From Macrostomum hystrix (lineage: Eukaryota; Animalia; Platyhelminthes): 64,000 nucleotides of DNA. Shown piece by piece: positions 16,229 through 27,500 of the stretch (the first letter of the stretch is position 1; every line of letters starts with the position of its first letter). The DNA lies in NCBI GenBank assembly GCA_950097015.1, contig CATNEN010000001.1, positions 20,646,001 through 20,710,000 of the forward strand, written 5' to 3'. A model generated the notes under the pieces. That model was not told the origin of the DNA and did not search any database. It saw only the letters and a list, made by a program, of their open reading frames with translations. A program made the position numbers and the translations under genes.

Positions 16229-16346
16229 AAGCAAGGATGTTTTAGCGCTTGCAGAGTGATGCTAGATAAGTAGAATTAATTATTTTTTCGTCCTCAATAA
16301 TGAAAACTAAATATGATGTATTACATTCAGGACGAATGTCTTCGAA

Positions 16347-17570
16347 AATGGAACTATACGTAGAGATGCGAATGAACCAACGCGTTATTGCAATTTTAAA
16401 ATGCGAAAAATACCCTAAACGTGTTTAATTAATCTTGTTAGGGAAATGCGCTGCATATTCTAAGAGGATTAAAGTAATATAATTGGGACATGGGTTGTAT
16501 AATTTATCAAGAGGTAAAGAAATCCACGTACGTTACGAAGATGTACGGTAGGAAAGAATTCTTGGTTTTCGTAAATAGATTTGTACACCAAGATAGGCAA
16601 TGTAAAACAGTACTATGCTAACCCCACGTGATCATTGTATACTGACATGTACGTCACAATGTACGCACCGGGTCCATGAGTGATTTTCGTGATTATGTCT
16701 AAAAGGGAATCCATCAATCCGCCAGAGAGGTCGGAGGGTTCCGATTGTGTGTATTCTGCAAACGCAGAATGCCGAGAGCCATAAAGAGAATTAAGAGGAG
16801 CTATCTCGTTTGAGTTACCCATTTGAACTTCGTTTGCGACAGCGTCTTAAGCACCCAGCATACAGTATCAGAAAGGTCGCAGCACAATAAAATAAAATAA
16901 ACGCTTTACAGTGTGAGTGAGAATACTCATCTCGCATAATGTGCTACCATACATCCTTACAAAATGTTACGGAGGATAATAAAATATACCATTGCATATA
17001 ATTATCGGTTTTCCCATTATTATTAAAGGGGACAATAACAATGTAATAAAGAAATGAAAAACATTATGCAATATTTATTTACAGTAATTTCGATCATTTG
17101 TATATTCAAAATCATTTTTTTTTAATGGAAGTATATGTATAGATGCGAATCAGACCACATACTCTAATGTAATGTGAAAAGCGGAAAAGAAGAAATGCGT
17201 TTAATATAGCTCGTATCATTTTAGTGAAATGTGTTGGACACTACTAATAAGAGTAAAATTTGCATAATTGAGGCATGGTCAGTATAGTATATCAGAGCGC
17301 ACAGAAACCACGTAGGTACACGCAAAGGTGTACAGAAGGGAAAAACTTATGGCCTTTGTACACAGATCTGTACAAAACGATGTGCATAGAGATACGGTAT
17401 CATGCCTGCGTGACATTAGTACACTGATGTGCGTAGGGATACCTCGGCACGAGGCTCTTGCCTGACATATACGCTCATTGCTATCAGGGGATTTCCGTGT
17501 CATGTGAACTAGGGGTGATTTGTGTGACCATTGCGATAATGCGCATATGAGAGAGTGAGAGTCGTCTGAA
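16347..17570. repeat. Old diverged duplication: two ~450-bp copies (~16347-16800 and ~17124-17570)
   Basis: Colinear similarity, e.g. aatggaactatacgtagagatgcgaat vs aatggaagtatatgtatagatgcgaat. In one ungapped 79-nt block, 27 positions differ by manual count. Confidence 0.75.
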
Positions 17571-17689
17571 ACTTGAGAGTCCAAGGAGACTCTCACGGGT
17601 CTTAGCTTGCGAGCTCGCTCAACCAGTGCAGACCTCCCCGGTGTCCGTGGGATACCACAGTTTGCCACCGCGTCCTCAGCACCGAGCAG

Positions 17690-19303
17690 CACATATCGTT
17701 CAGGTTGCGAAGGAAAAAGTGGAAATTTACAGAAAAACAACAACTTTACAGAAGTGCACCTGGCGCGTCAATTTGGTAACGTGCGAAACAGGCAGCCGCG
17801 TCAAAAGCAGCAGCGCCCGTCCAACGTCACAAACGGTCTCTGCAAATTTAAGCCCAAGTTCGGGGCAGAAGCAAGGCGCTGCCAGCAGCCCTGCAGCTTC
17901 CAGGCCAGGGAAACGGACAGGCTGGCCGCCACTGACCGTCGCGGCGGCCAGCAACAACCTGCTGCTTATTCCCGACGTGCACACCGACCGGTGTTCCTGG
18001 TGAACACGGGCGCGGAGATCAGCATCTTCGCAGACACCAGCACCGACCCCGTCAGCAGTCCACCGGCCCGCTTCTATTTGCCACCAACGGTACGCGCATC
18101 CGCACTTTCGGCAGCAAGACCATCACGCTGGACATCGGCCTTAAGACCTGCACTTGGCCTTTCGTGTTGGCCGAGGTTGCCCGACCATTGATCGGCGCAG
18201 AATTCTTGCGCCATCACAGGTTGCTGGTGGATTTGCCCAACTATCGTCACCTGGACGCCAGCTCCATGGCCAGCGTGGATCTGCTGTCCGGCTCCGGACC
18301 GGCACCTCAGATCGCCGCATCTGTGGCCGGCGACAACTACAGCCGGTTTCTGGCCGAGTTGCCCCGCATCACTGAAACAAGCTTTCACAAAACCACCCCG
18401 CGCAACGGCATCGAGCACCATATCCCCATGCAGGGCCACCCAAACAGCTGGCAGCAGCCAAGGAGGAGTTTCACACACTGGAACAGCTCGGCATCGTGCG
18501 ACGTTCCAGTAGCCCTTGGTCTTCTCCGCTCCACATTGTGCCTAAGTATTCTGGCAGATGGTGCGGTGATTTCCGGCGGCTTAATGACGCCACCGGCCAA
18601 TGTGTCTCGCCTGCTGGGCATGCAGCTTCATCACACGACCGTGTTTCACCAACAGGCCAATGGGCTCGTTGAGCGTTTTACAGACAGCTTAAGGCATCCC
18701 TTCGACCCCAGAGATCCCGTGGGTGTTGCTAGGCGGCATTCTAACGACTACCAAGGACGACTTTGCTGTTTTGTCAGCCGAGCAGGTTTACGGGGCCCCG
18801 CTGACGGTGACCGGCGAAAGCCTCCAGGCCAGCCAACCCTCCTATAGCCAGTAACAGCCTGCGTCGCCCTGTCTAAGCATTCCGGCAACCGCCAACCTCT
18901 AAGCCCGGCCGACGACCGCACTTAAAGCCGACCGCCATCGGGCATGTGCCCAACGGGCACGACGGGCACCGGCATGTGCTCTAGAGGCCCTACTAAGGCC
19001 CATTCAAGGTGTAGCAGCGGGACGCCAAGGTTTTCCTGCTTGATCTCGGCACCCGGCACGACAAAGTCTCCGTGGATCGTCTGATGTCGGCAGCGACCGT
19101 ATCGTGGAGCTCTGTGGCGCTGTCTGGGCGGATGCCTCATCGACACTCATCGTGGCCAAGACCACATTGCTTTGCGATCCTCAATGGGGTTGGGGACGCG
19201 GGGAAGTCACGCTGGCCTTTATAAGTCCCTGTCTCGTGCTGCGTCTGCCGAAACAAATAAACTCGCAATCCCTTTACCGCAGCCAACACGGCATGCCGCT
19301 ACA
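17690..19303 (+). mobile_element. Decayed, internally deleted Ty3/gypsy LTR retrotransposon relic with a surviving 3' LTR (19113-19303)
   Basis: Frameshifted fragments: gag knuckle LCKFKPKFGAEARRCQQPCSF; protease FLVNTGAEISI (catalytic Asp lost) and ARPLIGAEFLRHHRLLVDL; RT start GIVRRSSSPWSSPLHIVPK; jump to integrase HHTTVFHQQANGLVERF; GPFKV. Putative LTR TGTGGCG...CGCTACA with a TATA-like motif and AATAAA. No 5' LTR seen. Confidence 0.88.
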
Positions 19304-19672
19304 GCACGATAAATTATTCGATATCATATATAAAAATAGCACAGTATATCAACAAGTACACCTGAATCACCAACTCTATGACGAAAACTACAAAAGTACA
19401 TCAATAACTGAATCCAAAACGAGGATGAACGTCATAGTTGTTGTTTAATTTAACACAGTCACTTATAAAAATACGCAAAATATAAATTATAACAAAATAA
19501 TAAATAACAAAATACAAAATATAACAATGTTCCGTTTACATAAAGCTGAAATAGTTTAGACCTCGTTAAATGTGAGCTTTGTAAGCTGAATGCTTCAGGA
19601 TCTGAAGGCAGGGATTCGGGCCGAGGCCAATAAAGCCATGGCTAAATAAATATACGAAAGTGTCAGGTGTGC

Positions 19673-20392
19673 TCAGACAGTTTCCAAATCCGAGGCGGGT
19701 CTCTCTGAGTCCACTCTGAGCAGCAGGCATTTCCACATTCTCCGCCGAATTCTTCGAATCTTTCGCCACCTGCGAATCGACAATGACAAACCGGCGACCA
19801 GGACACAGGTTGTTGCCATGGCAACAAACAGCGCAACTAGTAGACACAATCTAGACCAGAACAGTGGCCAATCAGAAGACGACGAGCCAGTTTTAAAATC
19901 GATTGATTTACTCGCTTTAATACTACTGACATTAACGTCAGCGGCAGTAGTATTGTTGCTGGGACTGATCGAAGACAATTTAGGCGGCTCACCGCAGATC
20001 AAAATCTGAGACGATTCCCGACGACCATCGATTGTGATCGCAATGATGGCGGTTGCTATGCAAGCCGGTAGACAGGCTAGCCCTAGCAACAAGCCGATCA
20101 GCAGTCGGCATATTCCAGGCCCAGCAACAGTTGGATTTCGTCTGTCAATCGAAGGCTTTTCCATCGTAAACGACGACAGGGTTACCATGGCAACCAGGCT
20201 GGCAGCAATGAGCAGAACAGCTGAGACCAGGCCGAAGCCCAGTAGTCCGCCGGAGCTGGCGAAGGCGTGGATGATCAGTTCGCTGAAGGCCACCACCAAG
20301 CTGCAGAGAATTTGCACTGAGCCAGCCGAGTAGAAGAAGAGTTTGAAACGGCTGCTGCTGCTGCTGCTGCTGGCTGTTGAGCTCTGTTCCAT
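19673..20392 (-). CDS. Uncharacterised four-transmembrane protein, single coding exon, ~239 aa
   Basis: Open GC-rich frame from ATG 20392 (MEQSS). Four hydrophobic segments, a longer loop with N-x-T/S sites before TM4, and a basic stop-transfer stretch RRWRKIRRIRRR. Family not recognised. Confidence 0.7.
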   Translation of the reverse strand: MEQSSTASSSSSSSRFKLFFYSAGSVQILCSLVVAFSELIIHAFASSGGLLGFGLVSAVLLIAASLVAMVTLSSFTMEKPSIDRRNPTVAGPGICRLLIGLLLGLACLPACIATAIIAITIDGRRESSQILICGEPPKLSSISPSNNTTAADVNVSSIKASKSIDFKTGSSSSDWPLFWSRLCLLVALFVAMATTCVLVAGLSLSIRRWRKIRRIRRRMWKCLLLRVDSERPASDLETV

Positions 20393-20869
20393 CACTGACA
20401 ATGTGTATTATTTCTTTGCAGTTTGTTTATAACAGTCTGAAAATGTGATGTCAGCTAGAATATGATCTGACATGTATTTATATACTCGTAGCATGCACAT
20501 TTTATGGCCTAACCTGGCGCATGACTGCAGATATGATAAATTGATTATTTACAATTGCGCCAAGCCAGGCTAAACTAGTCACCAGTTAAATTATCTGTTA
20601 TGAATAATTAATAATTTTAGCATTGGTGATGACTGCACTAGAACTGTTTACAAAAGCGAATAAAAAAACCAATGAGAAAGTAAGTTATATTTGCAGCCAT
20701 GTCAACGGTTAGAAAATGCAACTGACAGGTTGTATTTTGCCAGTTATTTTTTTTCAGCAATTTTTCTCACGAATTTGTGTCCTGATCAGGAAAATTCACA
20801 GTGAAGAAGAAGCGAGACTGAAGAAAGACTGCGAAGGAGACATGGGAGAGAGGAGAATAGGTTGTCAGG

Positions 20870-21233
20870 AGAGGGAAGAGGGGAGAGAGAAGAGGGGAGA
20901 GAGAAGAGGGGAGAGAGAAGAGGGCAGAGAGAAGAGGGGGAGAGAGAAGAGGGGAGAGGGAAGAGGGGAGAGAGAAGAGGGGAGAGGAGAGAGAGAAGAG
21001 AGGAGAGAGAAGAGGGGAGAGGAGAGAGAGAAGAGGGGAGAGAAGAGGGGAGAGGGAAGAGGGGAGAGAGAAGAGGGGGAGAGAGAAGAGGGGAGAGGGA
21101 AGAGGGGAGAGGGAAGAGGGGAGAGAGAAGAGGGGAGAGGAGAGAGAGACGAGGGGAGAGGGAAGAGAGGAGGGGGAAGAGGGGAGAGGGAAGAGGGGAG
21201 AGGGAAGAGAGGGGAAGAGAAAGAGAGGGAGAG
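20870..21233. repeat. Polypurine (GA-rich) low-complexity tract
   Basis: ~360 nt almost entirely A/G (GAAGAGGGGAGAG-type units). Confidence 0.95.
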
Positions 21234-21358
21234 ATAATATATAGAAGCTAGGAGAATGCTGTGATGTCAAATAAACTAGTGATAAAAGTACATAGCAGCC
21301 AGATGAGCTTATTTACTCATACGGTGGTAGCAAAGCAGCAGCAGCAGCAGCAGCAGCG

Positions 21359-22729
21359 TCATTTGCCACCCAGAGAAGCCGTCGAGGATAAGAGAATCTC
21401 TCGCAGGCCTTCATTGAATCGTTTGAAGTCCAGCTCCCTGGCCAGAGCGAGCTGCTTGAGTTTCTGCTTCTCCTGCAATTTGGCCGCCTCATCAGCTGCT
21501 CCGGGTTTCCGCTTGACGCCGCCCTTGAGCAGTCCGCTAGATCGGTAGGTCGCGAGTTCGCGCTCCACATCGGCAGTGGCCTGCTTCAGCACCAGCTGAT
21601 AGCGGAGCAGTTTGCGGCGAGCTGCTAGGCTGTCGGCAGCCGCTCTGCCAGCAGCGGCTGCGGCGGCGGTGGCCACCAGTCGATCAGTCCGAGACTTCAC
21701 CAGCTTCCGCCGCAGGGTCAAGTCGCGCTTAGCGGCTTCGCATCGTTGAGCAGCCCGGCGTCTGCGGGCGACGCCGACGTTGCTGGCGCTGTTGCTGTTG
21801 CTGCGTTGTTTGCGACTTCCAGTGGAAACAGCAGACTTGGAGTTTGATTTTGCTATTTCCTCTTCCTCGCCGTCGCTCCAATCTTTGATGAATTTTTCGT
21901 CCGCATCGGATGAGAATGCTGCCAGGGATTTGCGGAGCAAGGCCGAGCCTCCCACGACACCGCCGCCGAACTTCTGCTGGGATGACTGAAACGGGAGCAG
22001 AAATCAATGACAGCCTAGGGTTGGATGGGTCAAATGACCTCCATAATGACAGCCTAGGGTTTGAGTGGTCAAATGACCTCCCTAATGACAGAATTAGGGT
22101 TGGAGGGGTCAAATGACCTCCCTAATGACAGCCTAGGGTCGGAGGGGTCAAATGACCTCCCTAATGACAGCCTAGGTTGAAAGGGGTCAAATTACCCTCT
22201 AATGACAGCTTAGTCGAAGGGGTCAAAGGACCTCCGTAGGAGGGGTCAAACGACCCCCGTAGGAGGGGTCAAAGGACCTCACTAACAACGCTAGCTAGGG
22301 TTGGTCGGGGAAAAAATTATAAGTCAACGAACCCTATCAAGAGACAAAAACATGATAAATAAAAGAAAATTAAGTAAGATTAGTTTTGGCTTAAGAACGA
22401 TTCGATGATATTAGCATCCAAAAAAATAATCGCATTCTAATTAACAGATAATGCCGCAGATTAAACCAAAATGAAATTGTGTAAAAACACCGATAAATAA
22501 ATAATATAAAATCACTGTTCGTTCATTGCTGAAAAAAAAACTAAATAAACGCAATATTATTCTAGACTAATTGTGAATCGTTGAATAAGATGTTAGTGAT
22601 CACGCATCAGAAATTATAATGCGAAATGTGGAACAACCGGCAGTATAGCGTCTAAGAAACTTACCAACTGGAATTCATAATAGTCTGGGTGGCTATTTTT
22701 GAAGGGGTAGCGCCTGAGGCCCTGGAGTC
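21359..22729 (-). CDS. Unidentified basic/coiled-coil protein; last two exons supported, start unresolved
   Basis: GC-rich terminal exon 21359-21985 (ccgtttcag acceptor; SSQQKFGGG...LGGK*). Upstream exon 22665-22729 (LQGLRRYPFKNSHPDYYEFQL|gtaagt) joins in frame. No in-frame ATG in either exon. Confidence 0.65.
22006..22285. repeat. ~39-bp intronic tandem repeat containing the palindrome GGAGGGGTCAAATGACCTCC
   Basis: Visible tandem units decaying to the right. Confidence 0.88.
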
Positions 22730-23008
22730 CTGATTAATAAGAACACGAGGCCCTGAAGTGTTGAGGGAGAAGAGCCTGAGGCCCTGAAGTGTTAAAGGAG
22801 AAGAACCTAAGGCCCTGAAGTGTTAAAGTAGAAGAGCCTGAGGCCCTGAAGTGTTAAAGGAGAAGAGCCTGAGGCCCTGAAGTGTTAAAAAAGGAGAAGA
22901 GCCTGAGGCCCTGAAGTGTTAAAGGAGAAGAGCCTGAGGCCTGAAGTGTTAAAGGAGAAGAGCCTGAGGTCCTGAAGTGTTAAAGGAGAAAAGCCTGAGG
23001 CCCTGAAG
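22712..23008. repeat. 31-bp tandem repeat (CCTGAGGCCCTGAAGTGTTAAAGGAGAAGAG) that includes the start of the adjacent exon
   Basis: ~9 visible copies; CCTGAGGCCCTG is shared with the exon at 22713-22724. Confidence 0.9.
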
Positions 23009-23393
23009 CAAAAAGAAAGACAAAACAAGTGTGTGTTTGTTGACTACAGATTCTCGCATGTGACCTAAAAAGGATTATTCTAAAAATTAAAAAAAACTTT
23101 TTTTGGAAACAAACAAATATTTCTTGGAGGAAAATCCATTCGGTTTATCACTAGAACTGCAAATCCATTTGTGGTTGAGTGAGACTGCAGTGCTGCTACG
23201 TTAGGAATGTGATAATAAACACAAAAGCAATGACATTCGATGATATTATAGCTCGTACCAATGCTGCCTACCTGAGTAAATATTATAAAAACAAACACTA
23301 AACACCAAATTGTCAAGCTCATCACCTCACAACTTTTTCTGCCTACCAATGTACAAACATGACAGACTGCAGTTGTTGACTGGAAGGTACAAA

Positions 23394-24060
23394 AGTAGAC
23401 TCTACCCTCCTCCAAAGTAGACTCTACCCTCCTCCAAAGTAGACTGACTATACCCATATCCAGAACAGACTCTACCAATCTCCATAGTAGACCCTACCAA
23501 TCTCCATAGTAGACCCTACCAATCTCCATAGTAGACTCTACCAATCTTTATAGTAGACCCTACCAATCTCCGTAGTAGGCTCTACCAATCTCCATAGTAG
23601 ACTACCAATCTCCATAGTAGACTACCAATCTCCATAGTAGACTCTACCAATCTCCATAGTAGGCTCTACCAATCTCCATAGTAGACTCTACCAATCTCCA
23701 TAGTAGACTACCAATCTCCATAGTAGACTACCAATCTCCATAGTAGACCCTACCAATCTCCGAAGTAGACTACCAATCTCCATAGTAGACTCTACCAATC
23801 TCCATAGTAGACTCTACCAATCTCCATAGTAGACTCTACCAATCTCCATAGTAGACTCTACCAATCTCCATAGTAGACTCTACCAATCTCAATAGTAGAC
23901 TCTACCAATCTCCATAGTAGACTACCAATCTCCATAGTAGACTCTACCAATCTCTAAAGTAGACTCTACCAATCTTTATAGTAGACTCTAACAATCTCCA
24001 TAGTAGACTTTACCAATCTCCATAGTAGACTCTACCAATCTGCATAGTAGACTCTACCAA
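23394..24060. repeat. 20/22-bp minisatellite (AGTAGACTCTACCAATCTCCAT)n
   Basis: Visible tandem units. Confidence 0.95.
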
Positions 24061-24533
24061 TTGTAAATAAAAATAACACACAAAAGGCGAAAACGAAAAA
24101 AAACCAATCGAGAAATCACAGAATCGAGACTTAAACAATACAGAAAAGAAACAAAAAATCAGAAATTTGGAATTCTAACCAGACAATAAATAAAACTCAG
24201 GATTGTTCAAAAGACAGAACTTTATCAGGCACAGTAGATGTTCATATTTGATTTGTTGTTGATCAGTTAGCTTATAAGTCAGGTTTGACCGGTCACGGAA
24301 CACAATGATCCAGTCCAACTTTATCAAGACTATCGGGCACCGAGAAGTACTTATCGTCAGCCGAGACAGCCCCGACGATGGCTGATGGAGTGAGCAAGCC
24401 TGACGATGCTGCCGCTGTTGAACTATTCTTTGGCGACGAGCTGGATGTAATGACAGGAGGATCGTAATTAGAGAATCTTTGGCATCTGGGATGGGAATAT
24501 TATAATCTAGGCAGTCAATAACAGCAGGCATCA

Positions 24534-27500
24534 TTAACAGACTGACGCTTGAGCATCCTCAGTGGATCGCCGCTGAAGCTGCCTCTTATCTCTCTGTCGA
24601 GCGCGTCGCCGCATCCGCTTCTGCGCATTGGTCACAAATTCTTCGTCGTACATGCGAAATCTACCATGAGGGTGGATTTATTCTGGATTGGCGGACTCAG
24701 TCTGAGGATCTGGGAAGTTGAAGGACTCAGTCTGAGGATCTGGGAAGTTGAAGGACTCAGTCTGAGGATCTGGGTAGTTGAAGGCCTCAATTTGAGGATC
24801 TGGGAAGTTGAAGGACTCAATCTGAGGATCTGGGAAGTTGAGGGACTCAATCTGAGGATCTCGGTAGATAGTGGGGTAGATACAAAAGTGGATAGTAGGG
24901 GAGATAGTAAAGTAGTTAGAATGGTAGATACTAGGGTTGATAATATGGTAGATACTAGGGTTGATAGAAGGGTAGATACAATGGCACACACAATGGTAGA
25001 CGGTAGGTTAGAGGGTTGCAGGTGGCAGACAGTAGGGTAGAGGGTTGCAGGTGGCAGACAGTAGGGTAGAGGGTTGCAGGTGGCAGACAGTAGGGTAGAG
25101 GGTTGCAGGTGGCAGACAGTAGGGTAGAGGGTTGCAGGTGGCAGACAGTAGGGTAGAGGGTTGCAGGTGGCAGACAGTAGGGTAGAGGGTTGCAGGTGGC
25201 AGACAGTAGGGTAGAGGGTTGCAGGTGGTAGACAGTAGGGTAGAGGGTTGCAGGTGGCAGACAGTAGGGTAGAGGGTCGTGGCAGACAGTAGGGTAGAGG
25301 GTTGCAGGTGGCAGATAGTAGGGTAGAGGGTTGCAGGTGGCAGACAGTCGGGTAGAGGGTTGTAGGTGGTAGACAGTAGGGTAGAGGGTTGCAGGTGGTA
25401 GACAGTAAGGTAGAGGGTTGCAGGTGGCAGACAGTAGGGTAGAGGGTTGCAGGTGGCAGACAGTAGGGTAGAGGGTTGCAGGTGGTAGACAGTAAGGTAG
25501 AGGGTTGCAGGTGGCAGACAGTAGGGTAGAGGTTGCAGGTGGTAGACAGTAGGGTAGAGGGTTGCAGGTGGCAGACAGTAGGGTAGAGGGTTGCAGGTGG
25601 AAGAGAGACGGAAGTCAAACCTGTATCCCGTGGACACATCCACAAAGGCGTCATCGTCGTCATCATCGGTGGCCACTCCATCTGAGATCGCATCACAGTC
25701 GGAGCCGGTGAGTCGGCAGTTGTCCTCAACATTAGCCACAAACGCCAGAGTGAGCTCAACCGTCGAGTCAGGCAGGCTGCGAAGAAGCCTCACAGCGTCG
25801 GCGTGACGGGCCTCTCGAAGCGAGGCGCCGTTGACAGACAGAATGGCGTCGCCAACACGGACAAGACCGCCGGAGCGGGCGGCGGGCAGTCCAGGTAGCA
25901 GCTCGGAGATAAGTATGGGTACTCCGTGCTCTCTGCCGCCTACTATAGAGAGGCCAATGCCTTCGCCCGGCTCCTTGCTGATGCGCACCTGACGCGGCGA
26001 CGAGTCCGGCGGAGCTGCAGCCGCAGATGTCGATTGAGAAGTCGAAGCCGGACTGTCCAGGCTGGGCAGGAGCCTGCGGTGACACGGAGCGGACATTGTT
26101 GTTAGCTCATTAGCTTTATTCACTACTGGCAGTAGGGAAGCATTCATTTCGGATGCCCTATAGTCCCAACCCCAAGGCACTGGGCAGATAAACACACCTG
26201 TGTGTGTGTGCTCAGAAGTCAGCGAAATGAGCAGAATGAGCATATAATGAGCCAGTGCCAATTGCCCTCCAACAAATATTATTATTGATCTTATCTATTG
26301 ATAAATAAAGCTTGACAGAAATCGATGAAGGTCTATAAGCTCAGGAATATAAGGAAAAGCTCGGTAGTGTATTTTCGGCCTTTGATTTTTTTTAAGAAAC
26401 TTAGCTTCATGTTAGGAGGGTGAGTGGCAGAACAGTTAAGGCGTTAAGGCCTCTCGCGCCAAGGTCCCTGAGCTCGATTCCGCGGCGAGGCCATATTCAT
26501 TTGGGGCGCAACCGCGGAGAGAAGGCGTTGGGGGCTTGTCGTGCGAAGGGCCAACCTCCAAGGCACAGTAAAAGAGAGTGTACACTGCCTGACGATGAGA
26601 AAGTCAGGGCAGATGTACACACCTGTGTGAGCGTATGCCTGCGTACAGTATCAGTGTGTGTGTGTGCTCAGGAGTCAGCGAAGTAGGCAGAATTGCCTCC
26701 TCGCTGGCTGCGGGTCTAGTGTCACCAAATGATGTTTCATTGCCCGCAGACCTCCTAAAATTATTATTATTATTATATTCAGCCAGCCTTGGCGACTCCT
26801 AGGCCCTAGTAGTCCTTGGTCACCAGCAGCAACATACTTGGAGATGGACCTGCCGCGGCTGGCTCTGAGCAGAGTTTTACACCTGAGCAGTCTTATTTCC
26901 GCTTCCAGTTGAGACCAGAGACGCTTCCGCTCGGCCACGTCCATGGGGTGTCGATGGCCGCTAGAACCGCTGACGTCTGAACGTTTAAATCAATTTAAAC
27001 TTGCAATGCACGTTTTCATCAAGATCCATTAAAAACGACTCTAAAAATGTCAACACTCACCAAATCCACAGCCATTGCTAGTAGCCATGAGCTGCAGCTG
27101 TTGAACTCTGCCAGCCAGCTCCTTGCTGAGATATTTGGTTGTTAGTCTGGCAGTGTATAGTTCAGTTTGTAGAGCCAAACTGTAGCGAGATAACTCAGAG
27201 TTCTCTTTCGCAATTAGGTCTCGCTCAAATTTTAGCTCTAGCATTGAGATGCTATCAGAGTCGACTAAAGCAGAGGACTGCTGCTGCTGTTGCTGCTGCT
27301 GACTACTGGAAGCTGACTTCGTAGCTAAAGCCAGCTGAGCTTGAGTGCTAGCTAGGTCAGATCGCATTGAGACTAACTGAGCCTGATAAATTAACAATAT
27401 ATACATTTGAGTATATTTTTATCTTTTATCTCTATTTTAACTTTACCAGAAAACAAAATGGTTACTTTAAACTGTAAAAATTTAAAAAGGCTACATAAGT

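Noticed and set aside
5144-16273. Long low-complexity ORFs in the track ([40 protein letters not shown]), and likewise those at 41262-42988, 48968-49887, 51249-53011 and 55918-56471
   Set aside because: They are translations of minisatellites, often open in several frames or both strands, and lie in introns or intergenic DNA.
25008-26261. 417-aa ORF as a stand-alone PDZ gene
   Set aside because: Only 25621-26073 is exonic (GOPC exon 4); the rest is intron and 29-bp array read-through.
26581-26617. CTGACGA...GAAA in the SINE looks like a hammerhead ribozyme core
   Set aside because: No stem II or stem III can be drawn and the cleavage triplet does not abut a stem I partner. A simple hairpin explains it.
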